In this document: one piece after another, positions 9,535 through 18,026 of the stretch
How positions within the stretch are numbered: the stretch's first letter is position 1
Layout of the letters: the number at the start of each line of letters is the position of its first letter
Source of the DNA: an uncultured Bacteroidales bacterium
Lineage (GTDB): Bacteria; Bacteroidota; Bacteroidia; Bacteroidales; UBA3663
NCBI GenBank assembly: GCA_905236195.1
Contig: CAJOOX010000039.1
Span: 1-33,967, forward strand
Length of the DNA: 33,967 bases
Direction of reading: 5' to 3'
The notes under the pieces: generated by a model
Told to the model about the DNA's origin: nothing
Database searches by the model: none
Seen by the model: only the letters and a program-made list of their open reading frames with translations
Made by a program: the position numbers and the translations under genes

Positions 9535-9566
9535 TTTGGTCATCCCGATAATTATTTGTATATTTG
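9535..9566 (+). promoter_or_regulatory. Candidate Bacteroidota promoter for the giant gene (-33 TTTG, -7 TATATTTG)
   Basis: TTTG at 9535-9538 and TATATTTG at 9559-9566 are separated by 20 nt, which fits the Bacteroides sigma-AB consensus. This predicts a 5' leader of ~70-100 nt. Confidence 0.55.
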
Positions 9567-9642
9567 CGCCGTCTTATGCGCCTATATGTACATACTTGAG
9601 CGCACGCGAACTAAAAAGATGATAAAACCGTCAATGTAGAAT

Positions 9643-12600
9643 ATGATGACAATATTTCATAATACGATCCGTATGAAATTGAAGGCACTGGTTCTCGCAA
9701 CCCTGGCAATCCTCGGTGGCGTGGCTGCTGCAATGCTGTATGCCGGCCCCGTGACAGACACTTGGGACGGAACCTTCGAGAAGCCCCAGGACTGGAAGCT
9801 CGGCACGAAAGACGAGCCCATTCTCATCAACAATGCCGAGGAACTGGCCTACGTACTTGCCAAGTACGACAACACCACCTCCGTGGGTACTGCCTACTAT
9901 AAACTCACATGCGACGTGGACCTCAACAACATCGAGTGGAGTTTCCCCAACTTCAAGGGTATGGTGTCGTTCCTGGGACATTTCGACGGCGATGGTCACA
10001 CCATCCGCAACATCAATGTGAGTGTGCTCCATTCACGTCTGCCCCAGCGCCTGGCCCTCTTCCCCGCCCTGGGCGGCGATGCCAACCACAAGGCTGAGAT
10101 CTGCAACCTGCACGTCGAGAACATCTCGTTCCACCACGCTAATGCCAAAGACGATATGGGGGACGACCTTATCCTTGGCGGTCTCGTGGGCACGATGTAT
10201 CCCAATGCCGAAATTCGCAACTGTACGGTGAGGGGAATGAAAGTAATCAATGAATGCTCCAGTTCGGGAAGGAAAAACGGCAAGGTTTCCTTCATCTCCA
10301 TAGGCCCTCTGGTCGGTGCCTACGAACCCAGCCCCCAGATTTTTACAGAAAACTATTCGAGTCTTGAAGGACAGATTCACAACAGCTTCGGAGAAATCAA
10401 TTATCTCGAAGCCGGCCTCTGGAACCAGAGTGTCACCTTCCATGTGGACAAACAGCAGGGCCGGATTACCGACAAAGACGCCATCGGCAGCACCTTCGAC
10501 AGTAACATACTGTCTGCCCAGATTATCAAGGACAGCGAAACGGACTATCATGTCCAATTGTCGGACAACAGCGAGAAGAAACACAAATATGTGTGGCGTC
10601 TGAACCGTGAGGAACTGAAAGAAACCGGTCCACGCGTAAGCATTCCACACAGCATTTCCGACAATATGCTCAGCGTCGAGGTGATGGATGGCAAGAAAGT
10701 TATTGCCAGCCGCTCCGTCGACATCGAGGCCGAGCCCCTCCACGTGGTCATCACCGATGTCAAGCGTTCGGGAAATAACTACAACCTCACCGCAGCCGTG
10801 CTCTCCAAGGACAAGCAGGACGTTTCCAAAGACTTCAGTTTCTCCTGGCACGACATGGACCGTGCTCACAAGGTCTTCGGCAGAAGCCAGACCCTGACCG
10901 GCGCCGACAGCACCCACTGCTACCACGTCGTTGCCCGTCATCGCAGGTTCCCCTCCTGCATCATCGCAACGTTCTATTCTTTCCACCGTCCCGTCTACGT
11001 GGCTGCCCACGCCATAACCGGCGAGGATGCCAAACGCTATACCCACAACGGCAAGGAATATGCCGAGGGTAATGATGCCAACGACGGAAAATCGCCCGAG
11101 ACAGCGGTCAAGACCCTGAAACGGGCTTACGAACTGCTTAAGACGGAAGCCGAGGGAGGCACCTCCTGGAACAACATGATTGTCATTATGGGTGATTATG
11201 ACGAGGCTGTATTCAACACCCATCACGACCAGTATCAGAAAAAGAGAAATCTCAAATATTTCGTCAAAGACAAACCGGCCACCATTACCGGTCTCTACGG
11301 CAACATCTGCAACGGCCGTTTGAAAATGATCAGCGAGTGCAACGTCATCGATGCCGAGACTCGTTTCGAATCGCTGGTACTGCACGGAAGTGACGACTTC
11401 GACGGCGACATTTTTGTACTCTACGCCCAGGATAACAACCTGACGATGGGCGACGGTCTCCAGATGGAGGACTATGCCGCAATGCCGGCAACACGAGGCT
11501 TCCAGCCCGGCATCAACGCCCCCAACATCTCGGTGTTCGGCGGCTACTACAACAATGACAATCCCGACATCAGACGCCGGGCTCACCGTGTCATATTCTA
11601 TTCTGGGCACTACGGACGCATCATTGCAGGCGACCGCTCCGGACGTGAACTGCCACATACCGGCAACGTGTCGGGTTCGCCGGAGAATCCCATCCGCTCT
11701 TTCGTACGCATAGAGATCGCAAACAACGACAACCCCAAACACTACACCCACGATGTCGCTCTCCTCGTGGGCGGTCAGGCCGACGGTTCGTGCTTTGCCA
11801 CCGACACCATTGAGGTGAATGCCCCGTCTCATGTGGGCCGTGTTATCAGCGGCAATCTCGGCTATGGGCGTGAAGCACATGTCATTGAGAACGGGCAGAC
11901 GGTGACACGTCCTGCCGACTCCTATTTCGGACAGGTGATCTTCAACCTCTACGGCGGAACGATATCCGAGCTCTACGGCAGTTCTCTGGGACGTAACGGA
12001 CACAGCATCCATCCCGACGACGAACTCATCGATTCCTGCCAGACCTATTTCTACGGCAATATTTTCCTCGAACTCTACGGAGGCACTGTCAATGGTGAAG
12101 TCTATGGTGGCGGTGCCGGCGGTGTGGTCGGTCTCGGCAAGGATATCCACCACACGTTCGACCCGCATGTGCCCTATCTGAATCAAGGCCGTCTCACCTA
12201 CGGCATCTATGAACAGGCCAAAGGCAAGATGCCCAAGATTTCCATAGACGGAAAGGAAATCATCGATTTGAGCAAAAGCGAGATTCACGTCGATATCCAG
12301 AATTCCGCTCTTGTAAGGGGCTCGGTCTATGGCGGCGGCTACGGCTACAGTGCCCACCTTCCTACAAGCTACGCTTCGTCTCAAGGCGGATCCGTTTTCG
12401 GCGACATCTTCGTACAGTTGAAGGATAAAGCAGTTGTCGAACACAACATCTTCGGCGGCGGTCGCGGTACGTTGGTTTACTACGACAATCTCGACGATGC
12501 AGGGTACAGCCGTACAGCCTCGGGCATCAGACTCGACAGGAGCAACGTTTCCAGACTGGGCTGTGTCTATGGCAAAGCCTGGATCGACCTTTCCGGCGGA

Positions 12601-15600
12601 CACGTTCAGGAAAGTGTTTACGGCGCCGGTCGCGGTGTGGCCTATCGAGCCAATAGCGAGAACGCCGACATCAACGATGTCCGTCAGATGGCTGCCATCT
12701 ACGGTTCTGCGAATATCCACGTTTCGGGAGACGCACTGTTTGACGAACCGATCTACGGCGGTGGTATGGCCGGCACGGTTTTCAAGACCGGCGAACTTCC
12801 GGAATACGAGGACGGCTGTGCCCACATCGACATCGAAGGCGGACGTTTCCGCAACGCCATCTACGGCGGTGGAAACGGTCTGTTCTCCACCGGACAGAAT
12901 ACCACCCACAAAGGATCGGCCGACATTGAAGGCGACACCTGGATTTATATCCGCGGCGGCGAGTTCGCGTGGTCTGACGAAAAAAACTTCTTCGAGACTG
13001 ACCGTCTCTATAACATAGTGGGAGGCGGACGCCGCTTCTCGGTTGTTCACGGCAATACCCACATTGAAGCCTATCGCTCACTCTTCTCCGAATCGTTCAT
13101 CAGGGAAGCCGGCATCAGCCATTGGGATTACAGCAAGCTCTGGAACAAGCAGTTCTCTCTCATGGGAGGCGGCTACGGCAGTTCTGCCCGCGTAATGGGT
13201 GATACATATGTCACGCTCGATGTCAAGGACGATATCGACGAAAAGGCTGCCCACCACATGTACTTCGGTGTCAGCGGTCGCAACAGGGAATTCGACAGCG
13301 ACGAACCCCGCATGATGCCCCACGTTTCGTTCATCGATGTGCTCGGAGGCGGTTTCACGGGTGCTGTCCACGGTTCGACCCACATCACCATGAAGGGCAA
13401 TACCCTGGTCCGCAATATCTACGGCGGAAGTGTCTACGGCAAGGTGGGGCTGCGCGACTCCCTGCTCAACGAATCCGACAAACTCATCTCCACCAACACG
13501 CGCACCTATACAACCGGAACATACATCAATGTTCTCTCGGGCCTGGCCTACAATGTATTCGGAGGCGGTTTCATGGGAGACGTGACGGGCGAGACGCATG
13601 TCACCATCGGTTCCCAGACCGATGCTGAAGCCAACAAACGGCTCTTCCTGGCTTCGGTTTACGGAGGAAATGACATGAGCGGAAAAATTGCAGGAAGCAA
13701 CAACGAGAACTATGGTGTCAATCTCGACATCTGGGGCGGTACCATCCGTCACAGCGTCTATGGTGCCGGCAACGGACACCTGAGCACCATGCATATTCCC
13801 ACACCCTTCGATACCACGACGACGATTATCACCCTCTTCAATCCCGACGCACATGAATTTGCACTGCCTCATGTGGCTTGCACCAGGATTCGCATGGCCG
13901 GCATTGACGAGAACAACCGTGTGATGCTGGAAGGCTCGTTCTTCGGCGGTGGCAACTGTGCTTCTGTCGGCATCTTCAAGCGCGACTCTCTCTTTGCCGA
14001 CAACAACTTCGGAGCCGAACGCCAAGTACCAGTGCCAAACCGCGGACGTATCTACATCAACCTGGGTTCCCACGTCATGATGCGTTCGTTCTTCATGGGT
14101 TCCGACGGCAAGGGGTTGCTCAAGAACATCCCCTACCACAAACATGCAGGCAAATGGATCAAGGGCTTCCGTTCCAACGAGGACTTCCAGCACTACTGCT
14201 CGATGATTGACTTTGCAGGCATGCCTCAGCTTACCTTCAATGCCGACAACTCATTCCACAACAACCATCCGATCATCGACTTCTTCGGTGACCGCCGCGA
14301 ATTCGAGACTCCCGGAGAAATGGATGCCCGGGATATTGACATCAGCGTATTCTTCGGTGGCAGTAACCGGGGTTCGATGACGTCCGACTCCACTTATATT
14401 TTGACGTTGCCCCCAGGCCTCACCATCCACAAGTCGGTGACAGGCGGTTGCAACAATGCCTATCTCTCCTACACCGAGACCGAAGGCCTCGATATGGGTG
14501 TCAAGCGTGAGCGCATCGGCGGGTTCATCCCCATGAACCTCAACACTCCGCAGTACCACCGCATGCAGATCAACGTGTTCAATAAATTCGAACCCGTAAC
14601 CTACAAAGTCAACCCTACGACTGGCAAAACCAAATTCTACGGCTGCAATATGTATGCGGGTTGCTTCTACAGAGGCATCATCTACGGTGCTTCGTCTATC
14701 AATTTCCATGCGGATATCGTAGGCGAAGATTCCAACATGTCGGAAGAAGGCCCCATCTTTAACGCCTCCAACTGGCTGAACACCGACGTCGGCATCCTCT
14801 ACGGCGGCGGATACGGCGACTCAACCGAGGTCATCGGCAACACCTACATTTCCATGACGGGTGCACGTCTCAATGGGACGGTCTGCATCCCCAACCTGCT
14901 TGATGCATTCGGCGGCGGTATGAGAGGTGCTGTGGTGGGACGCACCCAGGTGACCTACGACGGCGAAGTGAAGGGCGTTTCTCCCCTCCTGGCTACGCGC
15001 AAGGGGCTGTGGGGCAAGATGTTCGGCGGCGGACGACAGGGTTCCATCGTCAGCAAGAGCGTCCTCATGCCCGGCCACAAGGCTCCGGCTGGAACCGGCA
15101 CGCGCGTATATGTCTATAGCGGTATCGTCGATCAGGTCTTCGGCGGTGCCCGTATGGCCGACATCGAAGGCGGCACATACGTCGAAATCAACGACCACTC
15201 CAAATACCATTTCCACACCATCGTCCGTAAGGTTTATGGTGGCAACGACGTGGCAGGCTACATCGGAGTGGGCAAGGTGAAGCCCTATCTGGAGGACAAA
15301 CACACCAGTCGCAACACGTTCGTGCGCATCACCGAGGATTCCAAGGCGGACGGATCCTATACCGGATTCCCGTTCGTGGGTGAAGTCTTTGCGGCCGGCA
15401 ACGGCAACTACGGTCCCCACCTCGAGAACTATTCACGCATCCGCCGTTCCTACGAGGGAGGATACCTCCAGACCGACCGCGACTCTGTGCTCCTCACCGG
15501 CAAACGGCGTCCCCATGTCGATTCTGCGTATGTCGAGGTCACAGGCGGTTCCATCATGAACCTCTATGGCGGTGGCAACAACTCGGTGGTCGACAAGGAT

Positions 15601-17226
15601 ATCGTCATTTCGGTACGTTACAACGACAATAACGTCTCCAAACGCGCCACTTTCGACAACGACATCATGACCGACTGCTACCAGCGGGGCAAGTGGCTGA
15701 CTGCGATGAAATCTATCCGCGACGGTCTGGTCGATAACGGTCATCAGATTTATCCCGAGGACAATATACACCGCATCTTCGGCGGCAACAACGAGATGGA
15801 TATGAACGTACAGCCTAAGTGGCGTCTGCGCAAGGGTAATGCCGGCACCGTCTACGGCGGCTGCAACGTCGGCTCTGTCATCTACTACAACGAGGCTGCC
15901 GACCGCAACTTCCACACGGGTGTAGGCGGCATCCCTGGTTATACTCTCAATCTCAACTACCCCGAATTCTCGGCCAAGAATGTATTCGGCGGTTCCCGTA
16001 TGGGCACTGTCCAGGCATCCCGCATGACCTACACCCCGGATGGAAGCCGTATCGAAAAAATCGAGCCCGTCACCTTCGCCTCCACTCAGTATGGCGTCAC
16101 CGTGAATATCTCAAACGGCAACTTCGGACGTGTATTCGGCGGCAACGACATCACCGGTACCATCAACAACGGCACCCATATCGAAATCTCCGGCGGAGCC
16201 TGTGACGAGATTTACGGCGCCGGAAACGGTGAATATATCTACAAGGTCGACTCCACCGTCAACAAGGTGACCGAAATGTGGGACAAGGAGAACCTCCAGT
16301 GGTACTACCTCGTTCCCACCATCGACTCACTTGGGGGCGACAAACCCTCCGACATTGAGAAGATCAGGGTCATCAACCGCTACCGTCCCAACATCGCAAA
16401 ATCGTTCATCGAGATTGCAGGCGGTATGCGTCGTGACATGTCGCGCCGAATGACATACGTCTACGACGCCATCTACTGCGGCGGCAACTGTTCTACGATT
16501 CTGGGACCCGATGGCGGACAGGGCAAGGTACGTCTTGATATCGGCGGACAGATTGTGGCCAACAAGGTCTTCCTCGGCTCCAACGGTGTCAATCTCATCA
16601 AGGACGAATATGCCAAGAGAATTAGCCAATACAACAACCTCTCGGGTAATCCTTATGCGACGGACAGGGACGGCAAAACCCTCCTCGACCGATATATGGA
16701 GGCTGTGACAATGTACGCCTTCCCCGAGGACTTCCAGCTCCGTCGCAACTACACCGAATGTTTCATCGGCGATTTCTTCCTAGGCGGCAACCGCGGATCC
16801 ATCCGCACCCACGGAGACATCAACATCACCTTCCCCTCCTCACTCACCATATTCGGTAAGATTGTGGGCGGCTCCAACCGCGGCGACATCACTTGTCCTG
16901 AAATCACCGGCGGACAGAACATCACCCATCAGGGCGGTATCATCTGGGACGGTGAAGGCTCCCAGCCGAACATCCTGCTCAAAATCAATTGTCTCTACAA
17001 GCCGCAGATAATGTCCAAGGATGCGGACAATAAATACTACCATCTGACACCGGATGTTCAGGGCACCTCTATCGTACCCGTCTACAGCGGTTGCTTCGAG
17101 AGTGGTATTGTCGAAGGTTCCATTGATGCCGAGATTACCGACACTAACGAAGGTATTTCTATCTCTTCCGAAACCGAAGAAGAGAAACAATCATCCGAAC
17201 CGCAGTTCTTCGAAATTCCAATGTAA
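9643..17226 (+). CDS. Giant (2527 aa) secreted repeat protein with a GLUG-like N-terminal head followed by a long putative parallel beta-helix built from Gly-turn repeats; putative adhesin or surface fibre
   Basis: A single uninterrupted ORF. A signal-peptide-like segment, MKLKALVLATLAILGGVAAAMLYAG, starts at the third ATG (9673), which may be the true start. The head carries AEELAYVL...YKLTCDVDL...FLGHFDGDGHTIRNINV...LILGGLVGT...IRNCTVRG, a GLUG-type pattern. GNDANDGKSPETAVKTLKRAYELL at 11068 resembles a beta-helix entry. More than 30 h-[YF]-G-G-G/N turns follow (VYGGGAGG, IFGGGRGT, IYGGGNGL, VFGGNDITG...). The C-terminal tail is acidic. Confidence 0.88.
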   Translation: MMTIFHNTIRMKLKALVLATLAILGGVAAAMLYAGPVTDTWDGTFEKPQDWKLGTKDEPILINNAEELAYVLAKYDNTTSVGTAYYKLTCDVDLNNIEWSFPNFKGMVSFLGHFDGDGHTIRNINVSVLHSRLPQRLALFPALGGDANHKAEICNLHVENISFHHANAKDDMGDDLILGGLVGTMYPNAEIRNCTVRGMKVINECSSSGRKNGKVSFISIGPLVGAYEPSPQIFTENYSSLEGQIHNSFGEINYLEAGLWNQSVTFHVDKQQGRITDKDAIGSTFDSNILSAQIIKDSETDYHVQLSDNSEKKHKYVWRLNREELKETGPRVSIPHSISDNMLSVEVMDGKKVIASRSVDIEAEPLHVVITDVKRSGNNYNLTAAVLSKDKQDVSKDFSFSWHDMDRAHKVFGRSQTLTGADSTHCYHVVARHRRFPSCIIATFYSFHRPVYVAAHAITGEDAKRYTHNGKEYAEGNDANDGKSPETAVKTLKRAYELLKTEAEGGTSWNNMIVIMGDYDEAVFNTHHDQYQKKRNLKYFVKDKPATITGLYGNICNGRLKMISECNVIDAETRFESLVLHGSDDFDGDIFVLYAQDNNLTMGDGLQMEDYAAMPATRGFQPGINAPNISVFGGYYNNDNPDIRRRAHRVIFYSGHYGRIIAGDRSGRELPHTGNVSGSPENPIRSFVRIEIANNDNPKHYTHDVALLVGGQADGSCFATDTIEVNAPSHVGRVISGNLGYGREAHVIENGQTVTRPADSYFGQVIFNLYGGTISELYGSSLGRNGHSIHPDDELIDSCQTYFYGNIFLELYGGTVNGEVYGGGAGGVVGLGKDIHHTFDPHVPYLNQGRLTYGIYEQAKGKMPKISIDGKEIIDLSKSEIHVDIQNSALVRGSVYGGGYGYSAHLPTSYASSQGGSVFGDIFVQLKDKAVVEHNIFGGGRGTLVYYDNLDDAGYSRTASGIRLDRSNVSRLGCVYGKAWIDLSGGHVQESVYGAGRGVAYRANSENADINDVRQMAAIYGSANIHVSGDALFDEPIYGGGMAGTVFKTGELPEYEDGCAHIDIEGGRFRNAIYGGGNGLFSTGQNTTHKGSADIEGDTWIYIRGGEFAWSDEKNFFETDRLYNIVGGGRRFSVVHGNTHIEAYRSLFSESFIREAGISHWDYSKLWNKQFSLMGGGYGSSARVMGDTYVTLDVKDDIDEKAAHHMYFGVSGRNREFDSDEPRMMPHVSFIDVLGGGFTGAVHGSTHITMKGNTLVRNIYGGSVYGKVGLRDSLLNESDKLISTNTRTYTTGTYINVLSGLAYNVFGGGFMGDVTGETHVTIGSQTDAEANKRLFLASVYGGNDMSGKIAGSNNENYGVNLDIWGGTIRHSVYGAGNGHLSTMHIPTPFDTTTTIITLFNPDAHEFALPHVACTRIRMAGIDENNRVMLEGSFFGGGNCASVGIFKRDSLFADNNFGAERQVPVPNRGRIYINLGSHVMMRSFFMGSDGKGLLKNIPYHKHAGKWIKGFRSNEDFQHYCSMIDFAGMPQLTFNADNSFHNNHPIIDFFGDRREFETPGEMDARDIDISVFFGGSNRGSMTSDSTYILTLPPGLTIHKSVTGGCNNAYLSYTETEGLDMGVKRERIGGFIPMNLNTPQYHRMQINVFNKFEPVTYKVNPTTGKTKFYGCNMYAGCFYRGIIYGASSINFHADIVGEDSNMSEEGPIFNASNWLNTDVGILYGGGYGDSTEVIGNTYISMTGARLNGTVCIPNLLDAFGGGMRGAVVGRTQVTYDGEVKGVSPLLATRKGLWGKMFGGGRQGSIVSKSVLMPGHKAPAGTGTRVYVYSGIVDQVFGGARMADIEGGTYVEINDHSKYHFHTIVRKVYGGNDVAGYIGVGKVKPYLEDKHTSRNTFVRITEDSKADGSYTGFPFVGEVFAAGNGNYGPHLENYSRIRRSYEGGYLQTDRDSVLLTGKRRPHVDSAYVEVTGGSIMNLYGGGNNSVVDKDIVISVRYNDNNVSKRATFDNDIMTDCYQRGKWLTAMKSIRDGLVDNGHQIYPEDNIHRIFGGNNEMDMNVQPKWRLRKGNAGTVYGGCNVGSVIYYNEAADRNFHTGVGGIPGYTLNLNYPEFSAKNVFGGSRMGTVQASRMTYTPDGSRIEKIEPVTFASTQYGVTVNISNGNFGRVFGGNDITGTINNGTHIEISGGACDEIYGAGNGEYIYKVDSTVNKVTEMWDKENLQWYYLVPTIDSLGGDKPSDIEKIRVINRYRPNIAKSFIEIAGGMRRDMSRRMTYVYDAIYCGGNCSTILGPDGGQGKVRLDIGGQIVANKVFLGSNGVNLIKDEYAKRISQYNNLSGNPYATDRDGKTLLDRYMEAVTMYAFPEDFQLRRNYTECFIGDFFLGGNRGSIRTHGDINITFPSSLTIFGKIVGGSNRGDITCPEITGGQNITHQGGIIWDGEGSQPNILLKINCLYKPQIMSKDADNKYYHLTPDVQGTSIVPVYSGCFESGIVEGSIDAEITDTNEGISISSETEEEKQSSEPQFFEIPM

Positions 17227-17244
17227 TACTTCCGCTCAAAACTG

Positions 17245-17276
17245 AAAAACAGCTCCGGGTCTCGGAGCTGTTTTTT
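17245..17276. terminator. Bidirectional rho-independent terminator shared by the giant gene (+) and the HAD hydrolase gene (-)
   Basis: The sequence aaaaa-CAGCTCCG-ggtct-CGGAGCTG-tttttt has a perfect 8-bp GC-rich stem (17250-17257 / 17263-17270). It is flanked by an A-run and a T-run, so it works on both strands, and it sits between convergent genes. Confidence 0.75.
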
Positions 17277-17931
17277 ATCCTTCCACAATACGGAAGATTT
17301 CTTCGGGCCGGTCGGCCAGGTATTCTGGATGTTCGGCTTCCAGTTCGGTCCGGGGCCGGAATCCCCAGGTGACGCCACAGGCCGCTATCCCCGCATTGTG
17401 CGCCGTGCGTATATCCACATTGCTGTCGCCTACATAGAGCGTCGTCTCCCGCCTCATCCCGCCTGCTGCAATGATGGCGTTCACGATGGCCGGATCGGGT
17501 TTCACTGGCTGTCCCTCCCGGTTGCCGCACACAGCCGCCCACGGCGTCTCCGGGAAATAGAACGGTATCAGTTTCTTCACCGCCGCATCATACTTGTTGC
17601 TGGCCACGGCTAAACAAGCTCCGGCGGCTGCCAACGAGGACAACAGTTCCGGGATGCCGGAATAGGGTCGCGTTGCGTCCCGTCCGTGGGCTTCGTAATA
17701 TGGGGTGAACAGGTCTTTCACCTTATTTATATATATAGGAGTACGTAACTCCTCCGGCAGCGAACGCTCAAAGAGTTTCATCACTCCGTTGCCAACCTTC
17801 CAGCGGTAATCTTCCATGGTCCATGTAGGAAGGCCCAACTGAACCAGTGCCTGATTGACCGCATTGCCCAAGTCGGCAATCGTATTGAGCAGCGTTCCGT
17901 CCAAATCAAATATTACACTTTCGTATTTCAT
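17275..17931 (-). CDS. HAD-IA family hydrolase (phosphoglycolate phosphatase-like)
   Basis: The 218-aa ORF has motif I VIFDLDGTLLNT, motif II AVASNK and motif IV YVGDSNVDIRTAHNAG. Confidence 0.9.
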   Translation of the reverse strand: MKYESVIFDLDGTLLNTIADLGNAVNQALVQLGLPTWTMEDYRWKVGNGVMKLFERSLPEELRTPIYINKVKDLFTPYYEAHGRDATRPYSGIPELLSSLAAAGACLAVASNKYDAAVKKLIPFYFPETPWAAVCGNREGQPVKPDPAIVNAIIAAGGMRRETTLYVGDSNVDIRTAHNAGIAACGVTWGFRPRTELEAEHPEYLADRPEEIFRIVEG

Positions 17932-17936
17932 GACCG

Positions 17937-17944
17937 CAAAGATA
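17937..17944 (-). promoter_or_regulatory. Candidate -7 box (TATCTTTG on the minus strand) directly upstream of the HAD hydrolase ATG
   Basis: The plus strand reads caaagata at 17937-17944. The box ends only 5 nt before the ATG (17931), implying a leaderless or near-leaderless mRNA. Confidence 0.4.
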
Positions 17945-17983
17945 GCGTTTTTCGGTGACTTTGCAAAAAAAATGACAATTTAT

Positions 17984-18014
17984 TTTGTCATGTCTGTTTT
18001 TTTTCCTATCTTTG
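17984..18014 (+). promoter_or_regulatory. Candidate promoter for the nucleotidyltransferase gene (-33 TTTG, -7 TATCTTTG)
   Basis: TTTG at 17984-17987 and TATCTTTG at 18007-18014 have a 19-nt spacer. The ATG at 18027 implies a very short leader. Confidence 0.55.
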
Positions 18015-18026
18015 CACCGTTAATTA

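Noticed and set aside
9481-9635. A possible invertible promoter (phase-variation inverton) for the giant gene: attgacagt at 9481-9489 versus accgtcaat at 9627-9635, flanking the promoter.
   Set aside because: The inverted repeat is only 9 bp with one mismatch, which is near chance expectation for an AT-rich 190-bp region. No site-specific recombinase gene is nearby. The evidence is insufficient.
10033-13062. A 1009-aa ORF on the minus strand, continued by a 371-aa ORF at 13078-14193, antisense to the giant gene.
   Set aside because: Its composition (very rich in V, G, A, D, H and E, with no motifs) is the mirror image of a C/G-ending sense codon bias that removes antisense stop codons. It has no promoter box and no start context. 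The plus-strand frame has a signal peptide, coherent domain motifs, and a promoter and terminator. I treat it as a shadow ORF.
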